Positions 35,258-44,008 of a stretch of 64,000 nt of DNA are shown piece by piece. Within the stretch, counting starts at the first letter, position 1; each line of letters starts with the position of its first letter. The notes beneath the pieces were generated by a model that ran no database searches, was not told the DNA's origin, and saw only the letters and a list, made by a program, of their open reading frames with translations. The stretch comes from Myxococcota bacterium (GTDB lineage: Bacteria; Myxococcota_A; Polyangia; Polyangiales; Polyangiaceae): the NCBI GenBank assembly GCA_963169915.1, contig CAUJEM010000123.1:12914-76913 (forward strand), given 5' to 3'. A program made the translations under genes and the position numbers.

Positions 35258-36055
35258 TCAGCGCGGGCGCCGAGCCACTTGCGTGGCTGTCGCCTGCGCG
35301 GTGGGCATGAGCAGCATGCTCTGCACGCAGACGTGAGGTGGCCGGGTCAGGCTCCAGCAGATGGCGTCCGCGACGTCCTCTGCGCTCAGGGGCTCGAGCC
35401 CCTCGTACACGGCGCGCGCGCGTGGAGCGTCACCATGGAAGCGCACCTCGCTGAACTCCGTGGCGACCATCCCGGGTTCGATGACGAGCTGTCGGACGGC
35501 GCTGCCGAGGAGCTCTTGACGTAGCGCTTGCGCGAAGGCCTCCACCGCCGCCTTACTGGCGCAGTACGCCGCGCCGCGCGGGTAGGGCTGCACTCCGGCC
35601 ACCGAGCCCACCTGCACGAGGTCGGCGTAGGGACGCGCGCGCAGGAGCGGCAGCACCAGGCGGGTCATCCGCATCAGCGCCAGCACGTTCGTGTCGAGCA
35701 TCTCTTGCCAGTCGCGCTCGTCGGCGTCCACCACGTCGTCCCAGCCACGCGCGAGGCCGGCGTTGTTGATCAAGATGTCGATGGGACACTGGCGCTCCGT
35801 GAGCTGCTGGACGAGCTCGGTGGTCGCGCGCGCGTCGCGCACGTCGAGGACGTGGCCCTCACAGGACACACCGTGACGTCTCGCCGCGGCGACGGTCTGC
35901 TCGAGTCGGTCGGCGCGGCGCGCGACGAGCTGGAGCGCGGCGCCGCCCTCGGCCAGGCGCAGCGCGGTGGCGCGGCCGATCCCGCTGGACGCGCCGGTGA
36001 CGAGGGCCATACGGTGCGTGAGGGGGCGTGCGGCGGGAGCGCTCGGAGGGGACAT
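35258..36055 (-). CDS. Short-chain dehydrogenase/reductase (SDR)
   Basis: ATG 36055. TGASSGIG cofactor motif, NNAG, and YCASK catalytic YxxxK. Confidence 0.9.
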   Translation of the reverse strand: MSPPSAPAARPLTHRMALVTGASSGIGRATALRLAEGGAALQLVARRADRLEQTVAAARRHGVSCEGHVLDVRDARATTELVQQLTERQCPIDILINNAGLARGWDDVVDADERDWQEMLDTNVLALMRMTRLVLPLLRARPYADLVQVGSVAGVQPYPRGAAYCASKAAVEAFAQALRQELLGSAVRQLVIEPGMVATEFSEVRFHGDAPRARAVYEGLEPLSAEDVADAICWSLTRPPHVCVQSMLLMPTAQATATQVARRPR

Positions 36056-36170
36056 GCGGGAGAGGATAGTCGCAAGCGCCCACGGAGGAGGCCCTCGCGT
36101 GTCAGAGCGTTGAAACTGCGCTAGGATACGGCCTGCGGCGGCGACGGTGGCCGTCCACAGCGAGCGACCG

Positions 36171-38114
36171 ATGCGACCCTTATACTGGTTAGGACTATCC
36201 TCTGCCGCGGCCGGGCTCCTCGCCGCCGTGGCCTTCGGCTGCAGCTCGGAGGCGAGCGCGCCTCCGGACAAGGGCTTCGGTGGCAGCGCGGGGGCGGCGG
36301 GCAGCGCCGGCGCTGACGCCGGGGGAGGGACGGGCGGCGCCGTCATCGTCGTCGATGGCGGGACGGACGACTACTGTCAAGACCCCACCGATCACACCGA
36401 CAGTGACGGTGACGGCATCGCCGATCAGATCGAGGGTGACGGAGACGTCGACGGTGACGGCGTCCCCAACCGACTGGATTTGGACAGCGACGGGGACGGC
36501 TACCCAGACCGCGAGGAGGCCGGGAGCGGTCGCAGCACGCCGTGCTCGCCCGTCGCCAACACGGACGCCACGGATCTCCCTGATTTCCTGGACGAGGACA
36601 GCGACAACGACGGGCTGCTCGACTTCGAAGAGCCGAAGGGCTGCGCCAACGACTGCCGCGTCCTGGTGGACTGCGACGAGGACCCCGAGGGGATCATCGA
36701 TCTCATCGAGTTCGCCGCCGGGGGGGCGGCGGCGGTGTGCGATGGACTCGCCTCGTCCGACGCAGATCTGTATTTCGTCGTGCCGTACCAAGGCGGGCCG
36801 CAGCGCAAGAGGTTCAGCTTCTCCACGGGGGTCAAGGAGGCCGACATCTACTTCATGATCGACACCACGGAGTCGATGCAGCCGGCCATCGACAACCTGA
36901 AGACCTCCCTCAACACCAAGATCATCCCCACCATCCTCAACGGGGACTCGGCCAAGGGCATCCCGGCCATCCCCGGGGCGCACCTCGGCCTGGGGACGTT
37001 TCGCGACGTCCCGTGGCTGCCGTGGGGCCTCACCACGGACGAGCCGTACAGCTGGCGCTTCCGCATCGCCGGGGCGACCGTCTACGGCAACGTCGCGCCC
37101 CCGCGCGACAACGGCGGCGTCCTCCAAGCTCCAGAGAGCGTGGAGAAGATCTTGGGGAGCCTCCAGGCCGCTGGCGGCGGGGACGCCCCGGAGGCGGCGG
37201 GGTTGGCGCTGTTCATGGCGGCCACGGATCGTCCCGTGCGCCTTGGCAATGGGGGGCTCTGGCCGCCGGCGCAGCACCCGCTCTGGGGCGCCTACAGTGA
37301 GTCGACCTGGGGGCCGCAGTGCGGCGCCGTCGGCAGGGTAGGGCGCGCGTGCTTCCGCGCCGGCAAGCTCCCCATCTTCGCCGTCATCACGGACGCGGCC
37401 TTTCATAACGGCGCCACCCCCGCCAACGACTATCTCCCGGCTGGGGTCCCCTCCGGCGTGGGGGGGGCGAAGACGTATCAAGAGGTGGTCGCAGCGCTCC
37501 AGAGCGCCAGCGCGAAGGTCGTCGGGGTGCCGCTGAACACGGGGCTCCCGGGGGCGGCCGCCTTCGACCTCGGCAAGCTGGCCCGTGACACGGGCAGCGT
37601 CTACCAGACGCCGGGCGGCGTCGCGAAGCCACTCGTGGCCGAGCGGGACTCCACCAGCGGGGAGCTCTCCGACGAGCTGGTGCGCCTCATTGGGCTCTTG
37701 GCGGGGCAGGGCCTCAACAACGTGACCACCGTACGGTCCAATTACGCCTGTCCCGGAAATATGGATTGTACGGGGGACAACATCCCTGATCACGCGTACG
37801 AGAATCCGCAGGTGGGCGCGGAGCCAGGCCCCTTCAACGCCGTTCAGCTCATCAGCTCCGTGCGCCCGGTGGAGGTGCCGCCCCCGGCGGCGAAGCCCTA
37901 CCTCAGCGTCGACGCGAGCACGTTCTACGGCGTGCGCGGAGACGCCACGGTCGAGTTCGAGGTCACCGCGGAGAACACCGTCGTCAAGCCCACCCGGACG
38001 GTCGTGGTGCGGGTGCTCCTCGAGGTCCAGACGCCCTCGGGGCTCTCCCTGGGGGGCCCCGAGGGGGTCAAGGTCATCTACCTCGTGATCCCGCCAGGCT
38101 CGACCATCCAGTGA
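36171..38114 (+). CDS. Lipoprotein with thrombospondin type-3-like Ca-binding repeats and a VWA-like domain
   Basis: ATG 36171 (MRPLYWLGLSSAAAGLLAAVAFGCSS). DxDxDG repeats (DSDGDGIADQ, DVDGDGVPN, DSDGDGYPD, DSDNDGLLD). MIDAS-like FMIDTTESM. Confidence 0.8.
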   Translation: MRPLYWLGLSSAAAGLLAAVAFGCSSEASAPPDKGFGGSAGAAGSAGADAGGGTGGAVIVVDGGTDDYCQDPTDHTDSDGDGIADQIEGDGDVDGDGVPNRLDLDSDGDGYPDREEAGSGRSTPCSPVANTDATDLPDFLDEDSDNDGLLDFEEPKGCANDCRVLVDCDEDPEGIIDLIEFAAGGAAAVCDGLASSDADLYFVVPYQGGPQRKRFSFSTGVKEADIYFMIDTTESMQPAIDNLKTSLNTKIIPTILNGDSAKGIPAIPGAHLGLGTFRDVPWLPWGLTTDEPYSWRFRIAGATVYGNVAPPRDNGGVLQAPESVEKILGSLQAAGGGDAPEAAGLALFMAATDRPVRLGNGGLWPPAQHPLWGAYSESTWGPQCGAVGRVGRACFRAGKLPIFAVITDAAFHNGATPANDYLPAGVPSGVGGAKTYQEVVAALQSASAKVVGVPLNTGLPGAAAFDLGKLARDTGSVYQTPGGVAKPLVAERDSTSGELSDELVRLIGLLAGQGLNNVTTVRSNYACPGNMDCTGDNIPDHAYENPQVGAEPGPFNAVQLISSVRPVEVPPPAAKPYLSVDASTFYGVRGDATVEFEVTAENTVVKPTRTVVVRVLLEVQTPSGLSLGGPEGVKVIYLVIPPGSTIQ

Positions 38115-38155
38115 CGGAGCGCGTCGATCGGCGGCGGGACTAGAGGGGGTCGGCG

Positions 38156-39769
38156 ATGGACGCGCTGCAGGAGCGATGGGGCCTGGCGCTTGCGGCCGGC
38201 CTGGCCCTCGCCAGTGGCGCGGTCCCAGCGCTGGCGCAGCCGGTGGCCCCGCCCACGTGGGGGACGGGCGCCTCGACCGAGGTCCCCCCGACGGCGCCGA
38301 CGGCGCCGAGCGGGGCGGGTGAAGAGGGAGGATTCGAGCCCACCTCGACGTCGGTGCGGCCCTCCGGGGAGCCCCGCGCGGAGCCGGCGACGGCCGCGGT
38401 CCGCTACGTCATCGAGCGGATCGAGCTGCGCGGGAACACTCGCACCAAAGCGCGGGTCATCTTGCGCTACCTGCCGTTCGCCAAGGGTGACGTCATCAAC
38501 GTCGACGAGCCCACCATCGAGCTGTCGCGGTTTCGCTTGCTCGGGACGGGCTTCTTCCGGGACGTCCAGTACTCTCTGCGTAAGGGCAGCTCGCGCGGGA
38601 GCGTCGTGTTCGTGGTCGACGTCCAAGAGCGCAACACCGTGGTCGTCAACGGCGTCTGGATGGGGCTGTCCGCAGACGTCGATGCGCGAGGTCACGCGAG
38701 GCCCCTCACGGCCTACGGGGGTGTCGAGGCCGCAGAGACGAACCTCGCGGGCACGGGCGTCACGCTCGGGGGTGCGGCCGGCATCGCTCAAGATCAGCTA
38801 GCGCTGCGTCTGCGCTACTTGGACCCAGCGCTGCTCGGGACGCCCTGGATGACGAGCTTCTCGCTCCTCCACAACTCCGCCCGGGAGTTCTTCGGCAACG
38901 GCGACGTGGACTACTCGGGGGGGGCGGGGAACGACGAGCGCCTCACGGACTACGCGGTCGTCGCGTATCGCCGCTTCGGTGGGGCCCTGGGCCTCGGGCG
39001 TGATCTGAGCGTCGCGACGCAGGCGTGGGGGCAGTTCCGGCTCGAGCGCGTGGATGCCCAGCTCCCGGCCTTCGCCTCCCACCTCCGGGGTGATCGGCGA
39101 GAGCCCGTGGAGTTCGACGTCCTGCGCGGCCCGAGCACCTTGGCCACGCTGCGGCTCCACCTCATCCACGACACTCGGGACCATCCTTGGTTGCCGACGC
39201 GCGGCTGGTACGTGTCGTCGGCGGTCGAGCTTGCGCCGGAGTGGCTCGGGAGCGACTACTCGTACCAGCGGGTCGATCTCGGGGTGTCTCGCTGGTGGAC
39301 CTTGCCGTGGCGCGCGCACGTCCTACGGCTGGAGCTGTTGGGGGGCGCCATCGCTGGGGACGCCCCGTTCTTCGAGCAGTACTACGCGGCGGATTTCTCG
39401 GATTTTCTGCCCACGCGTGTCTTGGGGCTCAACTTCGACCGCCGGGCCTCTCCCAATTTCCTGGGCACCGCCATCGCCGAGACGCGGATGGGGCACTACG
39501 TCGGAAAGCTGGCCGCGGAGTATCGGATCCCCCTCTACCGAGGCCACCGCTCCGTGTTCGGGATCGATCTGTTCGGCTCGGCGGGGGCGTACGTCCTGGC
39601 GCGTGCGGGTGATCTCGAGGTGGCGCCCGGTGGGTACTCCGGCTTCTCCCTGGTCCCCGTCGATTTGACCGCGAACCTGGGCGTCCGTATGGACACCAGC
39701 GCCGGAGGCTTCGTCTTCGCGCTCTCCAACGTCATCGGCTTCGTCCCGATGCGAAGCGGGCGTCCGTGA
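38156..39769 (+). CDS. Omp85/BamA-family outer-membrane beta-barrel with a single recognisable POTRA domain
   Basis: Signal peptide ...VPALAQP. POTRA-like VRYVIERIELRGNTRTKARVILRYLPFAKGDVI...VVFVVDVQERNT. A long alternating beta-strand region follows. Confidence 0.8.
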   Translation: MDALQERWGLALAAGLALASGAVPALAQPVAPPTWGTGASTEVPPTAPTAPSGAGEEGGFEPTSTSVRPSGEPRAEPATAAVRYVIERIELRGNTRTKARVILRYLPFAKGDVINVDEPTIELSRFRLLGTGFFRDVQYSLRKGSSRGSVVFVVDVQERNTVVVNGVWMGLSADVDARGHARPLTAYGGVEAAETNLAGTGVTLGGAAGIAQDQLALRLRYLDPALLGTPWMTSFSLLHNSAREFFGNGDVDYSGGAGNDERLTDYAVVAYRRFGGALGLGRDLSVATQAWGQFRLERVDAQLPAFASHLRGDRREPVEFDVLRGPSTLATLRLHLIHDTRDHPWLPTRGWYVSSAVELAPEWLGSDYSYQRVDLGVSRWWTLPWRAHVLRLELLGGAIAGDAPFFEQYYAADFSDFLPTRVLGLNFDRRASPNFLGTAIAETRMGHYVGKLAAEYRIPLYRGHRSVFGIDLFGSAGAYVLARAGDLEVAPGGYSGFSLVPVDLTANLGVRMDTSAGGFVFALSNVIGFVPMRSGRP

Positions 39770-40452
39770 CGCGGTGGCTGCGCCTCACGCAGTGGGTGGG
39801 CGCGCTGGCGCTCCTGCTGGCGCCGCGCTGGGGGGCTGCCGCCGAGGCGTCGCCGCGCCCGGCCGCCTTCGTGTGGGAGCCGAACGAGCGCATGCTCTAC
39901 GCGACGTTCGGCTTTCGCGACGCCGTGACCGACAAGCTGCGCGCGCAGCTCGGCCGTGGGCTGCCGACGACCATCGTGCTCACTGCTGCGCTCTACCGCT
40001 CCGGGGCGCCGCGCCCCCTCTCCACCACCGTGCAGAGCTGCAAGATCACCTGGCTGGTCTGGGACGAGGTCTACAAGGTGGAGATCACTCGCCCCGATGG
40101 CGGGGAGACGCTCAAGACCCTGACGGTCAACGGCGTACTCCGCCGCTGCGCGGAGGCGCGTGAGCTGCTCGTGGGGACGAGAGAGCAGGTGCCGCTGCGG
40201 GCGCCGTTGGTGCTCAAGGCCAAGGTTCAGGTGAACCCGGTGAGCGAGGAGGTGCTGCAGCGGCTCAAGCGCTGGGTGAGCCGGCCGAGCGGGACCAGCA
40301 CCGCCACCGCCGGGGACGCGCTCTTCAGCACCTTCACTGGGCTATTTCTGCAGCGGATCGGCGCGGCGGAGCACGAGCTCGAGTTCAGCACCAAGCCGTC
40401 GGCTCCGAAGACCAAGCCCAAGCCCAAGCCCCCGCCGAAGGGACGGCGCTGA
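39766..40452 (+). CDS. Secreted protein, unknown function, coupled to the Omp85 gene
   Basis: GTG 39766 overlaps the Omp85 stop (GTGA). Signal peptide WVGALALLLAPRWGAAAEA. Lys/Pro-rich tail. Confidence 0.6.
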   Translation: MTRWLRLTQWVGALALLLAPRWGAAAEASPRPAAFVWEPNERMLYATFGFRDAVTDKLRAQLGRGLPTTIVLTAALYRSGAPRPLSTTVQSCKITWLVWDEVYKVEITRPDGGETLKTLTVNGVLRRCAEARELLVGTREQVPLRAPLVLKAKVQVNPVSEEVLQRLKRWVSRPSGTSTATAGDALFSTFTGLFLQRIGAAEHELEFSTKPSAPKTKPKPKPPPKGRR

Positions 40453-40458
40453 GGCGGC

Positions 40459-41151
40459 TCACTCGAAGACGGGCTGCCCGGGGACGCCGAGGGCCTGGCG
40501 GGGTGGCTTGTAGGTGGTCAACACGGCGATCTGGTAGTAGCGGTGCTGGTGCGTCAGGGCGCCCCAGTCCGGTAAGCTGAGGCGCTTCTGGACGCACTGC
40601 GCGGCCTGCCGCGCCTGGGCTCCACGCCAGCCGCCGCTCACTCCCGCGAAGACGCGCGCGGAGCGCCCGTTGAAGTCCACGCTCAGGACATAGTTGATGG
40701 TGCCTTCGGCCTTGAGGGACGCCTTCGGCGCGCACGCCTCACCACTACGGATGGCCGCCACGAAGGCCTGCTCGAGGGTGGGGAGCTGATCGCAGGCTTG
40801 GCCTTCCAGTCCTCGCTTGAGCGAGGCGCCACAGCGGACGCGGACGGGGGCGGCGGTGGTGATCCGGTCGTCGAGCGCCTGGACGTTGGCCTCCTGCACG
40901 ACCGGGAGCGCGCTGGCGATGACGGCCGCCAAGGAGGCGATGGGGGCCGCCGCGGAGCCGCTGGCGCTGGGGGCTGGCGCCGGGCTGGGCCCGCGTAGCA
41001 GGTAGATGGGCACCGCCACCATCACGATGAGCGCGACGATGGCGACCACGAGCTGCGCCTTGATGGGGCGGCGCCTGGAGTCTCCGAGGCCCAGCCGGCG
41101 TAGGCCGGGCTCATCGTAAGAGTGGCGCGACGACCGTAGGGGACCCTCCAT
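40459..41151 (-). CDS. Single-pass membrane protein, unknown function, downstream of the kinase
   Basis: 230 aa. TM LVVAIVALIVMVAVPIYLL. Extracytoplasmic domain with four Cys. Lies 20 nt after the kinase stop. Confidence 0.6.
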   Translation of the reverse strand: MEGPLRSSRHSYDEPGLRRLGLGDSRRRPIKAQLVVAIVALIVMVAVPIYLLRGPSPAPAPSASGSAAAPIASLAAVIASALPVVQEANVQALDDRITTAAPVRVRCGASLKRGLEGQACDQLPTLEQAFVAAIRSGEACAPKASLKAEGTINYVLSVDFNGRSARVFAGVSGGWRGAQARQAAQCVQKRLSLPDWGALTHQHRYYQIAVLTTYKPPRQALGVPGQPVFE

Positions 41152-41171
41152 CGCTTGCGCTGCCTCGCTCC

Positions 41172-42863
41172 TCAGTCCTCGAGCAGCGCGTGGAGGGAGT
41201 GCTCCGGCTTCACCTCGGTGAGGGAGGCCAAGAAATCTAAGTGGGGTGGCATGAGCCCCTTGAGCTGAGAGACGATCTGCTCGACCACGAGCTTGCCCTC
41301 GTCATGGCTCACGTGCATGGCCACCGCAAATTTCAGCGGCCCCACGCGGCCGGCGGTGGCGGGGACGATGCTCATGAGGAGGAGCTCCGTCAGCTCCACG
41401 GCGCGCTGCGCGGCGCGCCGCAGCGCCAGCATTTCGAAGATGGTGGGGCGCTCGCTCACGATGTGCTTCGGGCTGCGCAGCTTGTAGCGCGCGATGGTCA
41501 GCGGCACCCTGTTCCACTGAGCGAATTCCCACTCATCCTTGAGGGTGCGCAGGAGGGTCTCGGCGTGCAGCAGCCCGGTCAGCCCATCGCGCCGGGCGAG
41601 GTACTGCTGCGCACGCTCGTGCTGGGGGCTGCCCTCGGAGAAGCTGACGAGCTTGACGCGGCACTCCCCGAGCTGCGCCTCGCCGCCGTGCATCAGGGTG
41701 ACGGTGGGCTTTCGGTCGTAGCTATGATCGGCGTAGGTGCCGTTGGTGCTGTCCGCGTCTTCGATGGCCCAGGCGCCCGCCTGCCACCGCAGCGTGGCGT
41801 GGTGACCCGAGACGGTCGCTTCGTTGACCGTGAGATCTTGCTGAACGCTGCGGCCAAAGCTCAGCTGGGGGCGGTGGAGCGGCAGGAGCCGCCCGGCGGC
41901 GCTCGGCGCGTTGCTCGCGAAGGTGACCAGCAGGGCCTGCGCGTGGGGGTTGAAGGACTCCGTGACCATGCGCCCCGGAGGTGGTCCTGGGGAGAGGCGC
42001 TCGTGGGCGATCTGGACCTGATTGGTGGTCAGGGCGGCGGGGTTGAAGAACTTGAGGTGGCGCGCGGCGGGGCGCAGCGCGGGGTCGTCGTTGAGGCAAC
42101 GGAAGACCTGCTTGACCTCGTCGCTCGTCAGCCCAGAGGCGACGTCGAACATGATCTGCTCGCGCATGGGCCTGGCGCGCGGCTTGTAGCCGGGCTCGGG
42201 GACGCGGCAGGTCCACATCTCCCAGAGCGTGAGCCCCAGCGCGAAGATGTCGTCTTCCATGCTGGCGCCACCGGAGCGCAGGCGCTCGGGCGCCATGTAG
42301 TTGGGCGTGCCGCCATCCGGGGGAGCCCCAGGGCGGCGTGCGTTGACCCGGGCGCGCTCTTGAGCGAACCCAAAATCCAAGATGATGGCGCGCTCCGACG
42401 TGACCATCACGTTGCCGGGCTTGAGGTCCCCATGCACCAAGCCTTGGGCGTGAATGGCCGCGAGCCCCGCGGCGGCCTCGCTCGCGATCTTGCGAAACTC
42501 GTCCGGAGTGTAGCCGTTTTGCGCCTTCTTCCGGCGGATGTGCGTGTGGAGGGTCTGACCCGCGATGTGCTCCATCACCAAGATGGGGCCCCAAGGGCTA
42601 GGCGTCAGATCGTGCACGCGGCAGACGTTGGGATGGCTGACCTGCCGGGCGAGGAGCAGCTCCTGCCGGAGCGCCTCGTCGTCGCCGGGCATGCGGGACT
42701 CCTCGCGCACCACCTTGAGCGCCACGGGCTGTTGGGTGCTGCGGTCGTACGCGAGGAAGACCTCCCCCATGCCCCCCTTGCCGAGGCTCTGGCGGATCTC
42801 GTACCGCTCATTGACGACCGTGCCCTGAGCGAGTGGCGTGAGCGGTCGTTGAGCGATGGTCAT
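41172..42863 (-). CDS. Ser/Thr protein kinase fused to FHA and a degenerate GGDEF-like domain
   Basis: GKGGMGEV, VALK, HGDLKPGN, DFG and APE kinase motifs. FHA-like FGRSVQQDLTV...SGHHATL...DADSTNGTY. C-terminal RRDGLTGLL, but RVGPLKF where RxGGDEF is expected. Confidence 0.9.
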   Translation of the reverse strand: MTIAQRPLTPLAQGTVVNERYEIRQSLGKGGMGEVFLAYDRSTQQPVALKVVREESRMPGDDEALRQELLLARQVSHPNVCRVHDLTPSPWGPILVMEHIAGQTLHTHIRRKKAQNGYTPDEFRKIASEAAAGLAAIHAQGLVHGDLKPGNVMVTSERAIILDFGFAQERARVNARRPGAPPDGGTPNYMAPERLRSGGASMEDDIFALGLTLWEMWTCRVPEPGYKPRARPMREQIMFDVASGLTSDEVKQVFRCLNDDPALRPAARHLKFFNPAALTTNQVQIAHERLSPGPPPGRMVTESFNPHAQALLVTFASNAPSAAGRLLPLHRPQLSFGRSVQQDLTVNEATVSGHHATLRWQAGAWAIEDADSTNGTYADHSYDRKPTVTLMHGGEAQLGECRVKLVSFSEGSPQHERAQQYLARRDGLTGLLHAETLLRTLKDEWEFAQWNRVPLTIARYKLRSPKHIVSERPTIFEMLALRRAAQRAVELTELLLMSIVPATAGRVGPLKFAVAMHVSHDEGKLVVEQIVSQLKGLMPPHLDFLASLTEVKPEHSLHALLED

Positions 42864-42973
42864 GGCAGCCTGGTCCGGGGCGCGCGCTCCGGCGGGGAAA
42901 TGATCGCTGATTTATCGCGTCGCGACAATCATGAAACCGCTCGTCGGCGCGCCTGGCGCCGCGCCCTCGCGCC

Positions 42974-44008
42974 TCAAGGCTGGACGATGACGCGCGTGTG
43001 GGTCCAGCCCACTCCGCCGCGATTGTCACGCACCACGGCCCAGAGCTCCAAGGGCCCAGGCTCCCGCGGGGCATGGAGCTGGGTGCCGTAGTCTCCCACC
43101 CAGCCTCGGGTAGCGTCGTTGACCAGCTTGAGGGGCTGGCTGAGCTTGCCTCGCGTCGCAAAGTAGCTGACCCAGATCTGCTCCTCCGAGGCCTCCCCCA
43201 CCGCGCTGTCCCTCTCCACGATGGAGCGGTCGAGGAGCGGCGCGACGTCGACGCCGGGGCACGACTCCGTGTCGCCGTCGTCGGCGCAGGCCGAGATGCA
43301 GGGCACCCCTGGCTCACCGCAGCGAGCCGCCTCGGGGCGCGGGGAGAGACAGCCAGCGTCGACGCAGCTCGTGGTGGCGGGCACTCCGCCGAAGAGCAGG
43401 CCGCTCGGGCTGGGGTTGGCGTTCTGTAAGTCCTCGTAGGCGTAGACGCTGGAGTAGCCGGCGACGAAGCCCTCCGAGCCGACCACCTCGCCGCTCGGAG
43501 CGTAGCACCCGAGCGGGAAGGCGCCCCCAGGAGGCGGCGGCCCGAGCTGACCACCGCAGGCTGCGAAGAAGACGACCGCCAGTCCGTAAGGCGTCAGCCC
43601 CGCCGAGCGCTGAGGCAGGATGAGCGGCGCGCCGCCCGGCGGGGTCATGCTGAAGGTGAAGGTGTCTCCGAGCCCGCAGCGGGCGCCGCCGCTGCCCGTC
43701 ACGCAGTCCCTCGGATCGAGCTGAGCGAGCTGAGGGTAGCACCCGAAGTAGGAGTCACCGGGTGGGTTGAAGCAGCCGGAGAACCACGCCACCTGCACGG
43801 GGCCGCGGGCGTGCTCCGGGCGCCCGTCCGTCCACAGCATGCGGAGCGTGACCTCTTGGCCGGGCCGCGCGTAGGGGGCGTCCTTCTGGACGGCCAGGAC
43901 ACGCAGCTGCTCGACGGAGCTGCTCGACGGGAGGTCTGCCCCACAGCCGAGCGGCAGAGCGGCGGCGAGCGCCGTGAAGAGCCAGCGGGGAGCGGCGTGT
44001 ACCGTCAT
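42974..44008 (-). CDS. Lipoprotein, unknown function, coupled to the TonB-dependent receptor
   Basis: MTVHAAPRWLFTALAAALPLGC lipobox. Many Cys. Its start overlaps the receptor stop at 44008. Confidence 0.7.
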   Translation of the reverse strand: MTVHAAPRWLFTALAAALPLGCGADLPSSSSVEQLRVLAVQKDAPYARPGQEVTLRMLWTDGRPEHARGPVQVAWFSGCFNPPGDSYFGCYPQLAQLDPRDCVTGSGGARCGLGDTFTFSMTPPGGAPLILPQRSAGLTPYGLAVVFFAACGGQLGPPPPGGAFPLGCYAPSGEVVGSEGFVAGYSSVYAYEDLQNANPSPSGLLFGGVPATTSCVDAGCLSPRPEAARCGEPGVPCISACADDGDTESCPGVDVAPLLDRSIVERDSAVGEASEEQIWVSYFATRGKLSQPLKLVNDATRGWVGDYGTQLHAPREPGPLELWAVVRDNRGGVGWTHTRVIVQP

